Origin: Verrucomicrobiota bacterium
Lineage (GTDB): Bacteria > Verrucomicrobiota > Verrucomicrobiia > Limisphaerales > Palsa-1400
DNA: 64,000 bases
Direction: 5' to 3'
Assembly: GCA_049510745.1 (NCBI GenBank)
Contig: JBEKYR010000004.1
Coordinates: forward strand, 1-64,000
In this document: positions 36,858-44,870 of the stretch, in pieces
Position numbering within the stretch: the stretch's first letter is position 1
How the letters are laid out: the number at the start of each line of letters is the position of its first letter
Made by a program: the position numbers and the translations under genes
The notes under the pieces: model-generated
Database searches by the model: none
The model's input: the letters and a program-made list of their open reading frames with translations, nothing else
What the model was told of the DNA's origin: nothing

Positions 36858-38858
36858 TCAACGTTGCACCTTTGGCTCCGCCCAGATTGCCCAGGAACTG
36901 TGGTTGTGCCCTTCACCTCCGTCGGTCAGCAGTTCAAGTTCCTTCACCTGCGAGATGTCGATTTTCACGTCCTCCTGCTCCCCGACGCGCAGCAGGCGGG
37001 AGCGATAAAGCTCCCGGCCATCGCCGCGCACGGTAAAAATCGCGGAACCCTGGATGTTGGCCCCATCGCGCAAGCCGATCGTGGCGGTGAAGGTCTTCCA
37101 TTTGCCATCCACGGGAAAAACATACCGCGCAGGCGAGTGCGCGTAGAGTCCTTTGTCATAGAACCGGTCGCCGAGCGTGAGAAAAACGCCCTCCTGAATG
37201 CGCTGGTCGAACCAGAAATAATTGCGCGCGACCTGGCCCCACCCGACTTTTGCGTCGGTCCACGCCGCATCGGAAAGGAAGGCGCTGTCGCCTTGCACGG
37301 CGGCGAGGGCGAATGGGGCGGCGGGATCGAGCACGGCGCGCAGCAGGCGGAGTTTGCGCGCCGCCTCAGGCGTGGGCGCGGCGGCCACAACCTCATCGTT
37401 CACGAATTTTCGCGCGTCCGGTTGGCCGGTCGAAACCGCGCTTTCCGCCCGATCGACGATCCATTCCGCATTCAAGGCGGCAAGATCGGGCGCGGAGGAG
37501 GCATCGTAAGAGAGGGGAAAACCTTCCCCGTCTGAGGCCCCGTTCACATGCAGCCTTGTCAGGATGAGATGCCAGTGATCCCACTTGCCCCTGCGAAGCC
37601 CGTCCAAGTCGAGGGTAAAGGCGCCGTCTTTGAGCACGCAAGGAAAGGTGCGCGCCCGATGGTCGTCTATCCCCTTGTCCACCGGCCAGACATAGGCGAT
37701 GACCGCGTAAGGCGGAACGGCGCCGGTGACCACGCCTTGAATTCTGATCGTGCCGTTCGTGGCGGAGAAGTGGAGGGATTTGAAACCGCTCTCCAGCGCG
37801 TCCCATCGTCCGCGGTCCGAGCCGGTCAAGAGCGGGTGCGAGAGGAGTTGAAGCGCGGAGGCGCGGCCCAGATAGGTGGGCGGTCCTCCGCCCCACAATT
37901 CCTGGCGATAGGTGATATTTCCCCCGCCCATCAGCGAAACGCCGAAGGACTTCTCCGGTTCGCCGCCGTCATCGTGCGGGAGGCCGAGAGCGTGGCCCAG
38001 TTCATGAGCCGTGCCCCCAAGATACATGGAATTGAATTTGGCGACCGTGGTCTCGACGCGCGGATAGTAGTGCTCGGTAAAAACCATCGGCTGATTCGTT
38101 TCCTTCAGCAGGAGCGGATCGAGCAGTTCGCAATCCGCCGCATGACACATTCCGTTGCGCTCCGAACCGCCGCCGTAATACGGGGCGTCGAACACGTAGC
38201 GCCCGTCGGCCTCCTTGCGGCAGAGGGCGTAAAAGACCAGCAGATGCTCGCGATCCAGGTCCATCGTTCCTTTGAGGGCGAGGCGGATCTCCTGCGCCGT
38301 GCGGTCACCGGACTTGTAATGATACTCGCTGGCCGGCAACTGCCCCCGAACGAGATGCAACACCAGCTTTCCCTCCTGCCGCTCGAGCGGCAGCCCGGCC
38401 GTCTGGATCCCGAAGCGCCGGAACCCATCGCGATAGAAGTCGCTGACGTCATTTACGACGCGATCCAGCCGCTCGGCGAAGTTGGGGAGCGGGTCGCAGT
38501 CTTTGGGAACGAAATAGACCACCCGCAGCACGCTTTTTGCACGCGGCTGGCCCTGGTGGTAGGCGGAGATAATCCGTTGCGCCTCCTGGAGCATCGCGCT
38601 GCCCGCCGGATCGTCAGGAACCACCTTGTCATCAGCTTCCCCAACCTTATTTGTTTGGGCAGACGCGGACGAAGCAACCAGTGGGGCACCTGAAGCCTCA
38701 TGCCAAACGGTTTGTTGCGCGGAGGGCATGCCTTCGACTGTCTGCAAAAGGAAAATAAGGAGCGGCATGAGCACAGGCCAACTGATGTGGTTGGAAGGGT
38801 GCGCTGGAATAATGGTTCCCGCCGAGGCGGCGTTTGGATTTGCCGGTTCGTCTTTCAT
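36858..38858 (-). CDS. Secreted zinc metalloprotease-like protein with C-terminal NPCBM/NEW2 domain
   Basis: HELGHALGLPH plus Met-turn SLMG; FLSD...GWG...KGLYAHS...F.V.GDG...WA.P (NPCBM). Confidence 0.85.
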   Translation of the reverse strand: MKDEPANPNAASAGTIIPAHPSNHISWPVLMPLLIFLLQTVEGMPSAQQTVWHEASGAPLVASSASAQTNKVGEADDKVVPDDPAGSAMLQEAQRIISAYHQGQPRAKSVLRVVYFVPKDCDPLPNFAERLDRVVNDVSDFYRDGFRRFGIQTAGLPLERQEGKLVLHLVRGQLPASEYHYKSGDRTAQEIRLALKGTMDLDREHLLVFYALCRKEADGRYVFDAPYYGGGSERNGMCHAADCELLDPLLLKETNQPMVFTEHYYPRVETTVAKFNSMYLGGTAHELGHALGLPHDDGGEPEKSFGVSLMGGGNITYRQELWGGGPPTYLGRASALQLLSHPLLTGSDRGRWDALESGFKSLHFSATNGTIRIQGVVTGAVPPYAVIAYVWPVDKGIDDHRARTFPCVLKDGAFTLDLDGLRRGKWDHWHLILTRLHVNGASDGEGFPLSYDASSAPDLAALNAEWIVDRAESAVSTGQPDARKFVNDEVVAAAPTPEAARKLRLLRAVLDPAAPFALAAVQGDSAFLSDAAWTDAKVGWGQVARNYFWFDQRIQEGVFLTLGDRFYDKGLYAHSPARYVFPVDGKWKTFTATIGLRDGANIQGSAIFTVRGDGRELYRSRLLRVGEQEDVKIDISQVKELELLTDGGEGHNHSSWAIWAEPKVQR

Positions 38859-38909
38859 AATCTGGTTCCACCTGTAGTGGCGTTATTTTGAGCCAAATGG
38901 GTCCATTTC

Positions 38910-40610
38910 CTAAAACTTGGCGCGGGAGAACGCCTCGACGCATTCATGCACCGAGGGGAAGAAAGATTCCTCGCCGATCTCGCTCGCCAACCCGGTGTTT
39001 TCGAGCAGTTCGCGCAAGGGCCGGTTGGCATGGGCGAATTTCAAGGCAATGCCCTTGTCCTTCAATTCCTGGTGCAAGGTGTGCAGCATTTCGACTGCGG
39101 TCACGTCGATATCGGTAATCGCCTGGGCGTCCAGCAGGAACCATCGGATCGGCTCGGGCCGGGCCGCGATCAAATTGTGGACGCGTTCGGCGAAGTAGCC
39201 GGCGTTGGAGAACAACAGCGGCGCGTAGAAACGGTAAGCCAGCAGACCCGGCACGGTTTCGCCCGCCGTCTCGCCCACGTCGTGGAAGCCGTGACCGGGG
39301 ACCTCGCTCAACACCGCGTCGGGCGGATGGGAGATTCGATTGATCAGGCCCAGGAGGGAAAGAACGACGCCCAGGAGAATGCCCACCACCACGCCGGCCG
39401 CCAGCACGCCCACCGTCGTCAGCGCCGCGATCCCCGCGGCGGTGGGATAGAACCGGTAAATGCGCTTCATCGCCTCGAATTCGACCAGGGTCGAACCGCC
39501 GTAAATGAGGATCGCGGCCAGCGCCACGATGGGCAAATGCGACAGCACCGGAGTCAAGAACAAAAGGAAGAGGGCCAGGCTCAGCGCCGCGACCAGGCTG
39601 GACATTTGCGATTTTGCGCCCGCGGCGTCATTGATGGTCGTGCGGGCCTGGCTGCCGGTGACGCAAAACCCCTGGAAAAACCCGTTGCACACGTTGGCCG
39701 CGCCCAGGGCCGCCAATTCCTGGTTGGGGGCAATCTCGTAGCCGTTTTTCGCCGCAAAGGCGCGGGCCAGCAGAATGCCTTCCGTATAGGCGAGAAAGGC
39801 GATGCCGATGGCCGCCGGCAACAGGCTGTGGATGTCATGCCAATCGGCCTCGGGCACTGCAAATCCCGGCAGCCCGCCGGGAAACCTTCCCACCACCGCC
39901 ACCCCCCGCCCCTCCAATCGCAAGGCGACGGAGACTGCGGTGGCCAGGACGCACGCCACCAGCGGTCCGGGAATCTTCGGCGCCAGCCGGCGCAGCGTGA
40001 AAAGCAAGGCCAGCAAACTCAACCCAAACAAGAAGGTCGGGAGGTGAATTTGGTCCAGCTTGCCGGCCACCTCGAAGACACGCGGGAAGAAATCGTTGTT
40101 GGTCAGCCGCACACCGAGCAACCCGCTCAACTGCGACGCCACCAGAATCAACGCCGCGCCCGTCATGTAACCGACCAGCACCGGTTTGGACAGGAAGTCC
40201 GCCACTTTTCCCAGTTTGACGCGGCTGCCCAGAAGCAGAAACAATCCGCTCAACACGCCCAACATGGCCGCCAACGCCGCCGCCCGGTGCCCGTCGCCGC
40301 CGGCCAATGGAATGATGGCGCTGGCCATGAGCAAAGAAATGGCGATGTCCGGTCCCGCAATGACCTGCCGTGAACTGCTGAAGAGCGGATAAATGATCAG
40401 CGGCACCAACGCGGCGTAAAGGCCGTGCTCGGGCGGCAAACCCATCAGCCGGGCATAAGCGATCACCGAGGGAATCATGACCACGCAAACGCTGGCCCCC
40501 GCCACCGCGTCCCCGGCCAGCCAGGAGCGCTGGTAATCGCGAAAGAGCGCCAGCCCCGGAATAAACCGGAAAAGCGCGGAAGGCGCGGGTTGGTCCGGGC
40601 GTTCGGTCAT
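38910..40610 (-). CDS. SulP/SLC26 anion transporter with STAS domain
   Basis: GDAVAG...IP..IAYA...GLY, SKPVLVGY, NQELAALG, PLLFSNA, DIDVTA. Confidence 0.94.
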   Translation of the reverse strand: MTERPDQPAPSALFRFIPGLALFRDYQRSWLAGDAVAGASVCVVMIPSVIAYARLMGLPPEHGLYAALVPLIIYPLFSSSRQVIAGPDIAISLLMASAIIPLAGGDGHRAAALAAMLGVLSGLFLLLGSRVKLGKVADFLSKPVLVGYMTGAALILVASQLSGLLGVRLTNNDFFPRVFEVAGKLDQIHLPTFLFGLSLLALLFTLRRLAPKIPGPLVACVLATAVSVALRLEGRGVAVVGRFPGGLPGFAVPEADWHDIHSLLPAAIGIAFLAYTEGILLARAFAAKNGYEIAPNQELAALGAANVCNGFFQGFCVTGSQARTTINDAAGAKSQMSSLVAALSLALFLLFLTPVLSHLPIVALAAILIYGGSTLVEFEAMKRIYRFYPTAAGIAALTTVGVLAAGVVVGILLGVVLSLLGLINRISHPPDAVLSEVPGHGFHDVGETAGETVPGLLAYRFYAPLLFSNAGYFAERVHNLIAARPEPIRWFLLDAQAITDIDVTAVEMLHTLHQELKDKGIALKFAHANRPLRELLENTGLASEIGEESFFPSVHECVEAFSRAKF

Positions 40611-40724
40611 GGGCCGTAGCTTCGCAGGAGAAAGCCGGTTTGTCGATTTGCGATTTACGAGAATTGGGCAAGGCGATGCGCTCGCTTCTTTGGACGGCCA
40701 ACCTAATAGGGGAAACCAGCCTTT

Positions 40725-40800
40725 TCGCGCAGAGGCGCAGAGCGCGCAGAGAAAAACTGTCTTCTTCCTCCCCCTCTGCGCCCTTTGCGCCTCTGCGCGA
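40725..40800. repeat. Empty inverted-repeat element with 9-bp periodic arms (3 x CGCAGAG-like)
   Basis: TCGCGCAGAGGCGCAGAGCGCGCAGAG / CTCTGCGCCCTTTGCGCCTCTGCGCGA, 25/27 complementary. Confidence 0.85.
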
Positions 40801-40952
40801 GTATTCCCGCTCGGAGCGTTGTCACGCACCGGGAACGCTTCATTCCCTGATCGGCACAATATGAAGAAATTTGTCCTGCACCCATTTGCCATGCCAACGG
40901 GTCCAAAACCGCGAAATCATTTCGAATTAAGGCACTTCCCGAAACTCCGCTC

Positions 40953-40981
40953 TTGACACTAATAACGCCTGGCGTTATGTC
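40953..40981 (+). promoter_or_regulatory. Sigma70-type promoter with a palindromic operator upstream of higA
   Basis: TTGACA at 40953-40958; perfect palindrome ATAACGCC-T-GGCGTTAT at 40962-40978. Confidence 0.7.
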
Positions 40982-40995
40982 GATTAGCGCTGACT

Positions 40996-41298
40996 ATGAA
41001 AAGCAAACTGCTGACCAACATAACGCCGGGCGAAATCCTGGATGAAGAATTCCTCAAGCCGATGGCCATCACGCAATACCGGCTGGCCAAAGACATCGGC
41101 GTGCCCCCGCGGCGCATTAACGAAATTGTCAAAGGCCAGCGCGCCATCACGGCCGACACCGCCTTGCGGTTGGGACGCTACTTTGGCATGTCGCCGCAGT
41201 TCTGGCTCAACCTGCAATCCCATTACGACCTCGAACAGGAACAGGAGCGGCTGGCCGGCCGGCTCGACAAAGAAGTTAAAGTCCTGGCGGCGGCGTGA
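40996..41298 (+). CDS. higA: HigA-family antitoxin (HTH), no higB adjacent
   Basis: TPGEILDEEFLKP...ITQYRLAKDIGVPPRRINEIVKGQRAITADTALRL...FWLNLQSHYDL. Confidence 0.93.
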   Translation: MKSKLLTNITPGEILDEEFLKPMAITQYRLAKDIGVPPRRINEIVKGQRAITADTALRLGRYFGMSPQFWLNLQSHYDLEQEQERLAGRLDKEVKVLAAA

Positions 41299-41327
41299 GT
41301 CGCCTCAAAGTAATGCGTCAGTGGCGG

Positions 41328-41403
41328 ATGGTAGGGACGGCTCGCCGAGCCGTCCGAGGGTGGTTCTTGCCGGGTGGTCGCCTCGGCGAGGCGACCCTAC
41401 CAT
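41328..41403. repeat. GTAG-type REP doublet (REPIN-like)
   Basis: ATGGTAGGGACGGCTCGCCGAGCCGTCC ... GGTCGCCTCGGCGAGGCGACCCTACCAT: two hairpins, inverted, each with a GTAG foot. Confidence 0.8.
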
Positions 41404-41486
41404 TCCCAGGCCCGCCGTCACTGAGTCATTACGCCTCAAACGAAAATCCGGTTGCATTTGGTGCAGAGTACTGCCAAATTCCGTCC

Positions 41487-41903
41487 ATGCCGATAACTAC
41501 TCAGATCGACGACGCGGTGCGCCAAAAGACGCTGGAACTTTGCGAAGCCATCGTCCAGCAGCCTCAATTTCAAGACATCCGCCGGCGGGTGGATTCGTTC
41601 ATGGCCGATGCCCAGGCCCAGGAACTTTACCGGAATTTGACCGAAAAAGGCCGCGCCCTGCACGAGAAACAGCACCAGGGCCTCCCCCTCGATGCCGGGG
41701 AAATCGCCGCCTTCGAATCCGGCCGCCAGACCCTGTTCGACCACCCGGTGGCCAGGGGCTTTATCGACGCGCAGGAGGAAATGCACGAGTTGCAGGAGGG
41801 CGTCCAGCAATTTGTCAACAAGACTTTTGAACTCGGCCGCGTTCCGTCCGGGGAGGACCTGGAAGGCGGCTCGTGCGGGGACGGCTGCGGCTGCCATCAC
41901 TGA
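41487..41903 (+). CDS. YlbF/YmcA-family regulator with Cys/His-rich C-terminus
   Basis: Helical ELCEAI...F...D..AQ...HPVARGFIDAQ pattern; ends GSCGDGCGCHH. Confidence 0.75.
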   Translation: MPITTQIDDAVRQKTLELCEAIVQQPQFQDIRRRVDSFMADAQAQELYRNLTEKGRALHEKQHQGLPLDAGEIAAFESGRQTLFDHPVARGFIDAQEEMHELQEGVQQFVNKTFELGRVPSGEDLEGGSCGDGCGCHH

Positions 41904-42226
41904 CCCGTTTCGCGCGCCAGCCAATCCAGATAGCGCGGCGTTCCGCCGGCCAATTCCAGCGCCACAAATTCGGGCGTGTCGTAGGGGTGCTTTTCCAGGA
42001 TGAGTTTTTCCAGCTTCGCCAGTTGGCGGGCGCGTGTTTTGAACACGATCAGGACCTCCGCGCCCGTCTCGATCCTGCCCCGCCACCAGTAATGGGATTC
42101 GAGGCGGGGAATCAGATTGGCGCAGGCGGCCAGGCGCGCCCGCAAGGCGGCGCGGGCCAGTTGGCGGGCGACCTTCACATTGGGCGCGGTTGCCAGCACG
42201 AGGCGGAATGGAGCGGCTTTTCTCAC
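41897..42226 (-). CDS. cutA: Divalent-cation tolerance protein CutA
   Basis: LAACAN, SHYWWRG, E...FKT, HPYDTPE, YLDWL. Confidence 0.95.
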   Translation of the reverse strand: MRKAAPFRLVLATAPNVKVARQLARAALRARLAACANLIPRLESHYWWRGRIETGAEVLIVFKTRARQLAKLEKLILEKHPYDTPEFVALELAGGTPRYLDWLARETGQ

Positions 42227-42300
42227 TTCAGGAACCTAACACGTTTTCCAAACCGTTCTAGAGCGGTTTAAGAAATAGTGTAGCCGGTGTTCGACGGGAG

Positions 42301-42354
42301 ATGTGTTCGGCGAGGCGCCGAACACGGCGGGCGAGGGCGCCCGCGCTCCCCAAA
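42301..42354 (+). repeat. REP-like double hairpin ending in GCTCCC, copy 2
   Basis: GTGTTCGGCG-AGG-CGCCGAACAC followed by the same second hairpin as 17354-17408. Confidence 0.8.
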
Positions 42355-42393
42355 ACCCTACGCCTCAGCGGCTACAGTTTTCATGAAATTGTT

Positions 42394-43938
42394 CTAACCG
42401 GCGCGGTAGCTCTTGACCACCCATTCGCTCAGGGTCTTCTCCGGGGCCTCGACCGCGTCGGTGTCAATAATGAACTCCTGCTGGCCGGTGTTTTGCGCGA
42501 TCAATTTCAGGCCGAATTGGAAGTCCTTGAAGCGGGCGGCGCACAACTCGCGCACCGGGACGGATTGCTCCAGGGCCAGCGCGACGAGCCGATCGGCGGC
42601 GGGCGCGGTGAAACGGACGTTGAGCTTGTAGCTGTCCTGGAACCGCCGGGCGAAATCATGCACCAACTGCCGCGCCACCACGCGTTCCTCCTTCTCGTGC
42701 TCGGCCAGCAGCTTGGCCAGTTCCACGGCCGGCGCATCGACCAATTCGCGCGTGACGACAAAGCGGCGGACAAGGGTCGAAGGCAGTTCGAATTTGAAGT
42801 CGCGAAAGACCCGTTCGCACACGGTCATCAAGCCGCGGGCGCCGGTGGATTCGTCGCCGGCCAGCTCGGCAATGCGCCGCAGACCGTCATCGCGAAAGAG
42901 CACCTCGATGCCGTAGGCGGCGAAGGTCTGTTCGTATTGACGGATAATGCTGCCTTCCGAAGTCTTGAGGATGTTGAACAGGTCCTCCACGCTCAAGGGC
43001 TGGCACACCACCCGCACGGGCAGGCGTCCGATGAATTCCGGCTCGAATCCAAACTCGATGAAATCGCGCGTCTGCGCCTCGTCCAGCACGGAACTGTCGG
43101 AACCGCTTTTGGCGGGCGGACTGGCAAAACCGATGGAAGCTTCGCGCAGCCGTTTCTTGACAATCTTTTCCAAACCGTCGAAAGCGCCGCTGACAATGAA
43201 CAGAATGTGCTTGGTGTTGATGGTGGCGGGCTGTTTTTTGCCGCGCTGGGAAAAATCCATCATGGCCTGGATTTGGGCGCCGATGTCGTTGGGCGAGCGG
43301 GCGGGCACTTCGGTTTCCTCCATCAGTTTGAGGAGGTTGGTTTGGACGCCGCGCCCGCTGACATCGCGTCCGCTGGCGTTGGAGACGGAAGCGATCTTGT
43401 CGATTTCGTCGATGTAGATGATGCCGTACTGCGCGCGCTGGCAATCGCCGTCGGCGCGGCGGAGCAATTCGCGGACGAGGTCCTCGACATCGCCGCCGAC
43501 GTAGCCGGTTTCGGAGAACTTGGTGGCGTCGCCTTTGACGAATGGCACGCCGATGAGGTCGGCGGCGTTGCGGATGAGGTAGGTTTTGCCGACGCCGGTG
43601 GGGCCGAGGAGAATGAGGTTTTGCTTGGCGTAATTGGGCTGATCCTTGCCCTCGAAGGCCAGGCGGACGTGGTGATAGTGGTCGCAGAGCGCGACGCTGA
43701 GGACTTTCTTGGCCTCATCCTGCTTGATGACAAAGCGATCCAGGTAGCTTTTGACCTCGCGCGGCTTGCGGGCGAAGGAAAAGTCCCTGCCGGACGGCGT
43801 CGGCGCGGCAGGCTCCAGCGGGCCGTCCGTGTCGGGGTTGGCCTGGGCGGCGCCGGCAAAATGCTGGCGCATGAATTCCTGCAACTGGCGCTGGAACTCT
43901 TCGGGTGAGGGCGGCCCGTTGACACATCGTTTCTCCAT
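42394..43938 (-). CDS. ClpX-like AAA+ ATPase lacking the N-terminal Zn-binding domain, with a C-terminal extension
   Basis: GPTGVGKT, ETGYVG, YIDEIDKI, RDVSGRGVQ, IGF loop, PEFIGRLP, GARGL. Confidence 0.88.
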   Translation of the reverse strand: MEKRCVNGPPSPEEFQRQLQEFMRQHFAGAAQANPDTDGPLEPAAPTPSGRDFSFARKPREVKSYLDRFVIKQDEAKKVLSVALCDHYHHVRLAFEGKDQPNYAKQNLILLGPTGVGKTYLIRNAADLIGVPFVKGDATKFSETGYVGGDVEDLVRELLRRADGDCQRAQYGIIYIDEIDKIASVSNASGRDVSGRGVQTNLLKLMEETEVPARSPNDIGAQIQAMMDFSQRGKKQPATINTKHILFIVSGAFDGLEKIVKKRLREASIGFASPPAKSGSDSSVLDEAQTRDFIEFGFEPEFIGRLPVRVVCQPLSVEDLFNILKTSEGSIIRQYEQTFAAYGIEVLFRDDGLRRIAELAGDESTGARGLMTVCERVFRDFKFELPSTLVRRFVVTRELVDAPAVELAKLLAEHEKEERVVARQLVHDFARRFQDSYKLNVRFTAPAADRLVALALEQSVPVRELCAARFKDFQFGLKLIAQNTGQQEFIIDTDAVEAPEKTLSEWVVKSYRAG

Positions 43939-44019
43939 ACGCGATTCAACTTAAACCACTCCGGCCAAAGCGCAATTCTCGACTCGACTTGTCGGTTAGG
44001 TTGTGGTTTATTTTCAGGC

Positions 44020-44343
44020 GTGCCAACAATTTCGCACAAATCGCCGGCGCCCGCCCAAGCGGAACGCCCACTGGATGCGCGACAAGCCGCCGAGTCGGCC
44101 TTCAACTATTTTCGGGCCCTTGTTCCCAACACCCTCCTGCGAGTTTCCGATCCGAGTCTGGAGGAGATCGAAATGTCCAAGGACGGCCGATATTGGCTGA
44201 TCACCCTGGGGATCAGCGAATCGCGCCGGAAAAACGAGAACCTGCCGAAGTTTTTGCAGGTGCCCCTGCGCAGGTTAAAGGTTTTCAAGGTGGACGCCGC
44301 CACCGGGCGGGTGTTGTCCATGAAGAATCCCAACGGTGAATGA
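44020..44343 (+). CDS. Hypothetical protein translationally coupled to a PIN gene (putative antitoxin; PepSY-like pattern)
   Basis: LEEIE...WLITLG...KVFKVDAATGRVLSMK; ATGA overlap with the next gene. Confidence 0.65.
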   Translation: MPTISHKSPAPAQAERPLDARQAAESAFNYFRALVPNTLLRVSDPSLEEIEMSKDGRYWLITLGISESRRKNENLPKFLQVPLRRLKVFKVDAATGRVLSMKNPNGE

Positions 44344-44870
44344 AGACGGATGCTCTGGGGCGCTTTCTGGGTAAATTCCACGGCAAGCGACTGTTGCTCG
44401 ATGCCAACCTGCTCCTTTTGTATTTCAAGGGTTGTTTCTATAAGGCGAATCTCCAAGCACCCAGGCATGGCACGTTCGTGGAGGAGGAATTCGTATTGCT
44501 CGCCCAGACCATTGAACATTTTAAGAAGGCAGGAAAGGTATTGACCACGCCGCACCTTCTAACGGAACTGTCGAACATTTCCGAGGATATGAAACTGAAC
44601 CACTTTCATTTCCTCAGGTCGATTCGAATCCTGATCGGGGATTTGGATGAGTGGTTCGACAAACCAAGAATTGGAGCCTATCGCTTGTCTGGCCAGAATC
44701 ACTTTGCCACGTTTGGGCTGGCCGACGCTGTGATCATTGAGCTTGCCCATGATCCTCTGCTCATCCTGACAAATGACAAACAGATGGCCCGCTATTTGCA
44801 GGATAAGAAAAGGAAGCGGAATGTTCTTTATTTCGGCGACTTGAAGGAACAATGCCTGGGCAGCAATTAG
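44340..44870 (+). CDS. PIN-domain protein (putative toxin)
   Basis: LLLDANLL, TPHLLTE, GLADA and LILTND acidic PIN residues. Confidence 0.82.
   Translation: MKTDALGRFLGKFHGKRLLLDANLLLLYFKGCFYKANLQAPRHGTFVEEEFVLLAQTIEHFKKAGKVLTTPHLLTELSNISEDMKLNHFHFLRSIRILIGDLDEWFDKPRIGAYRLSGQNHFATFGLADAVIIELAHDPLLILTNDKQMARYLQDKKRKRNVLYFGDLKEQCLGSN

Noticed and set aside
42250..42269. Palindrome AAACCGTTCTAGAGCGGTTT as a mobile-element end
   Set aside because: Single short occurrence; cannot distinguish operator, element scar or chance.
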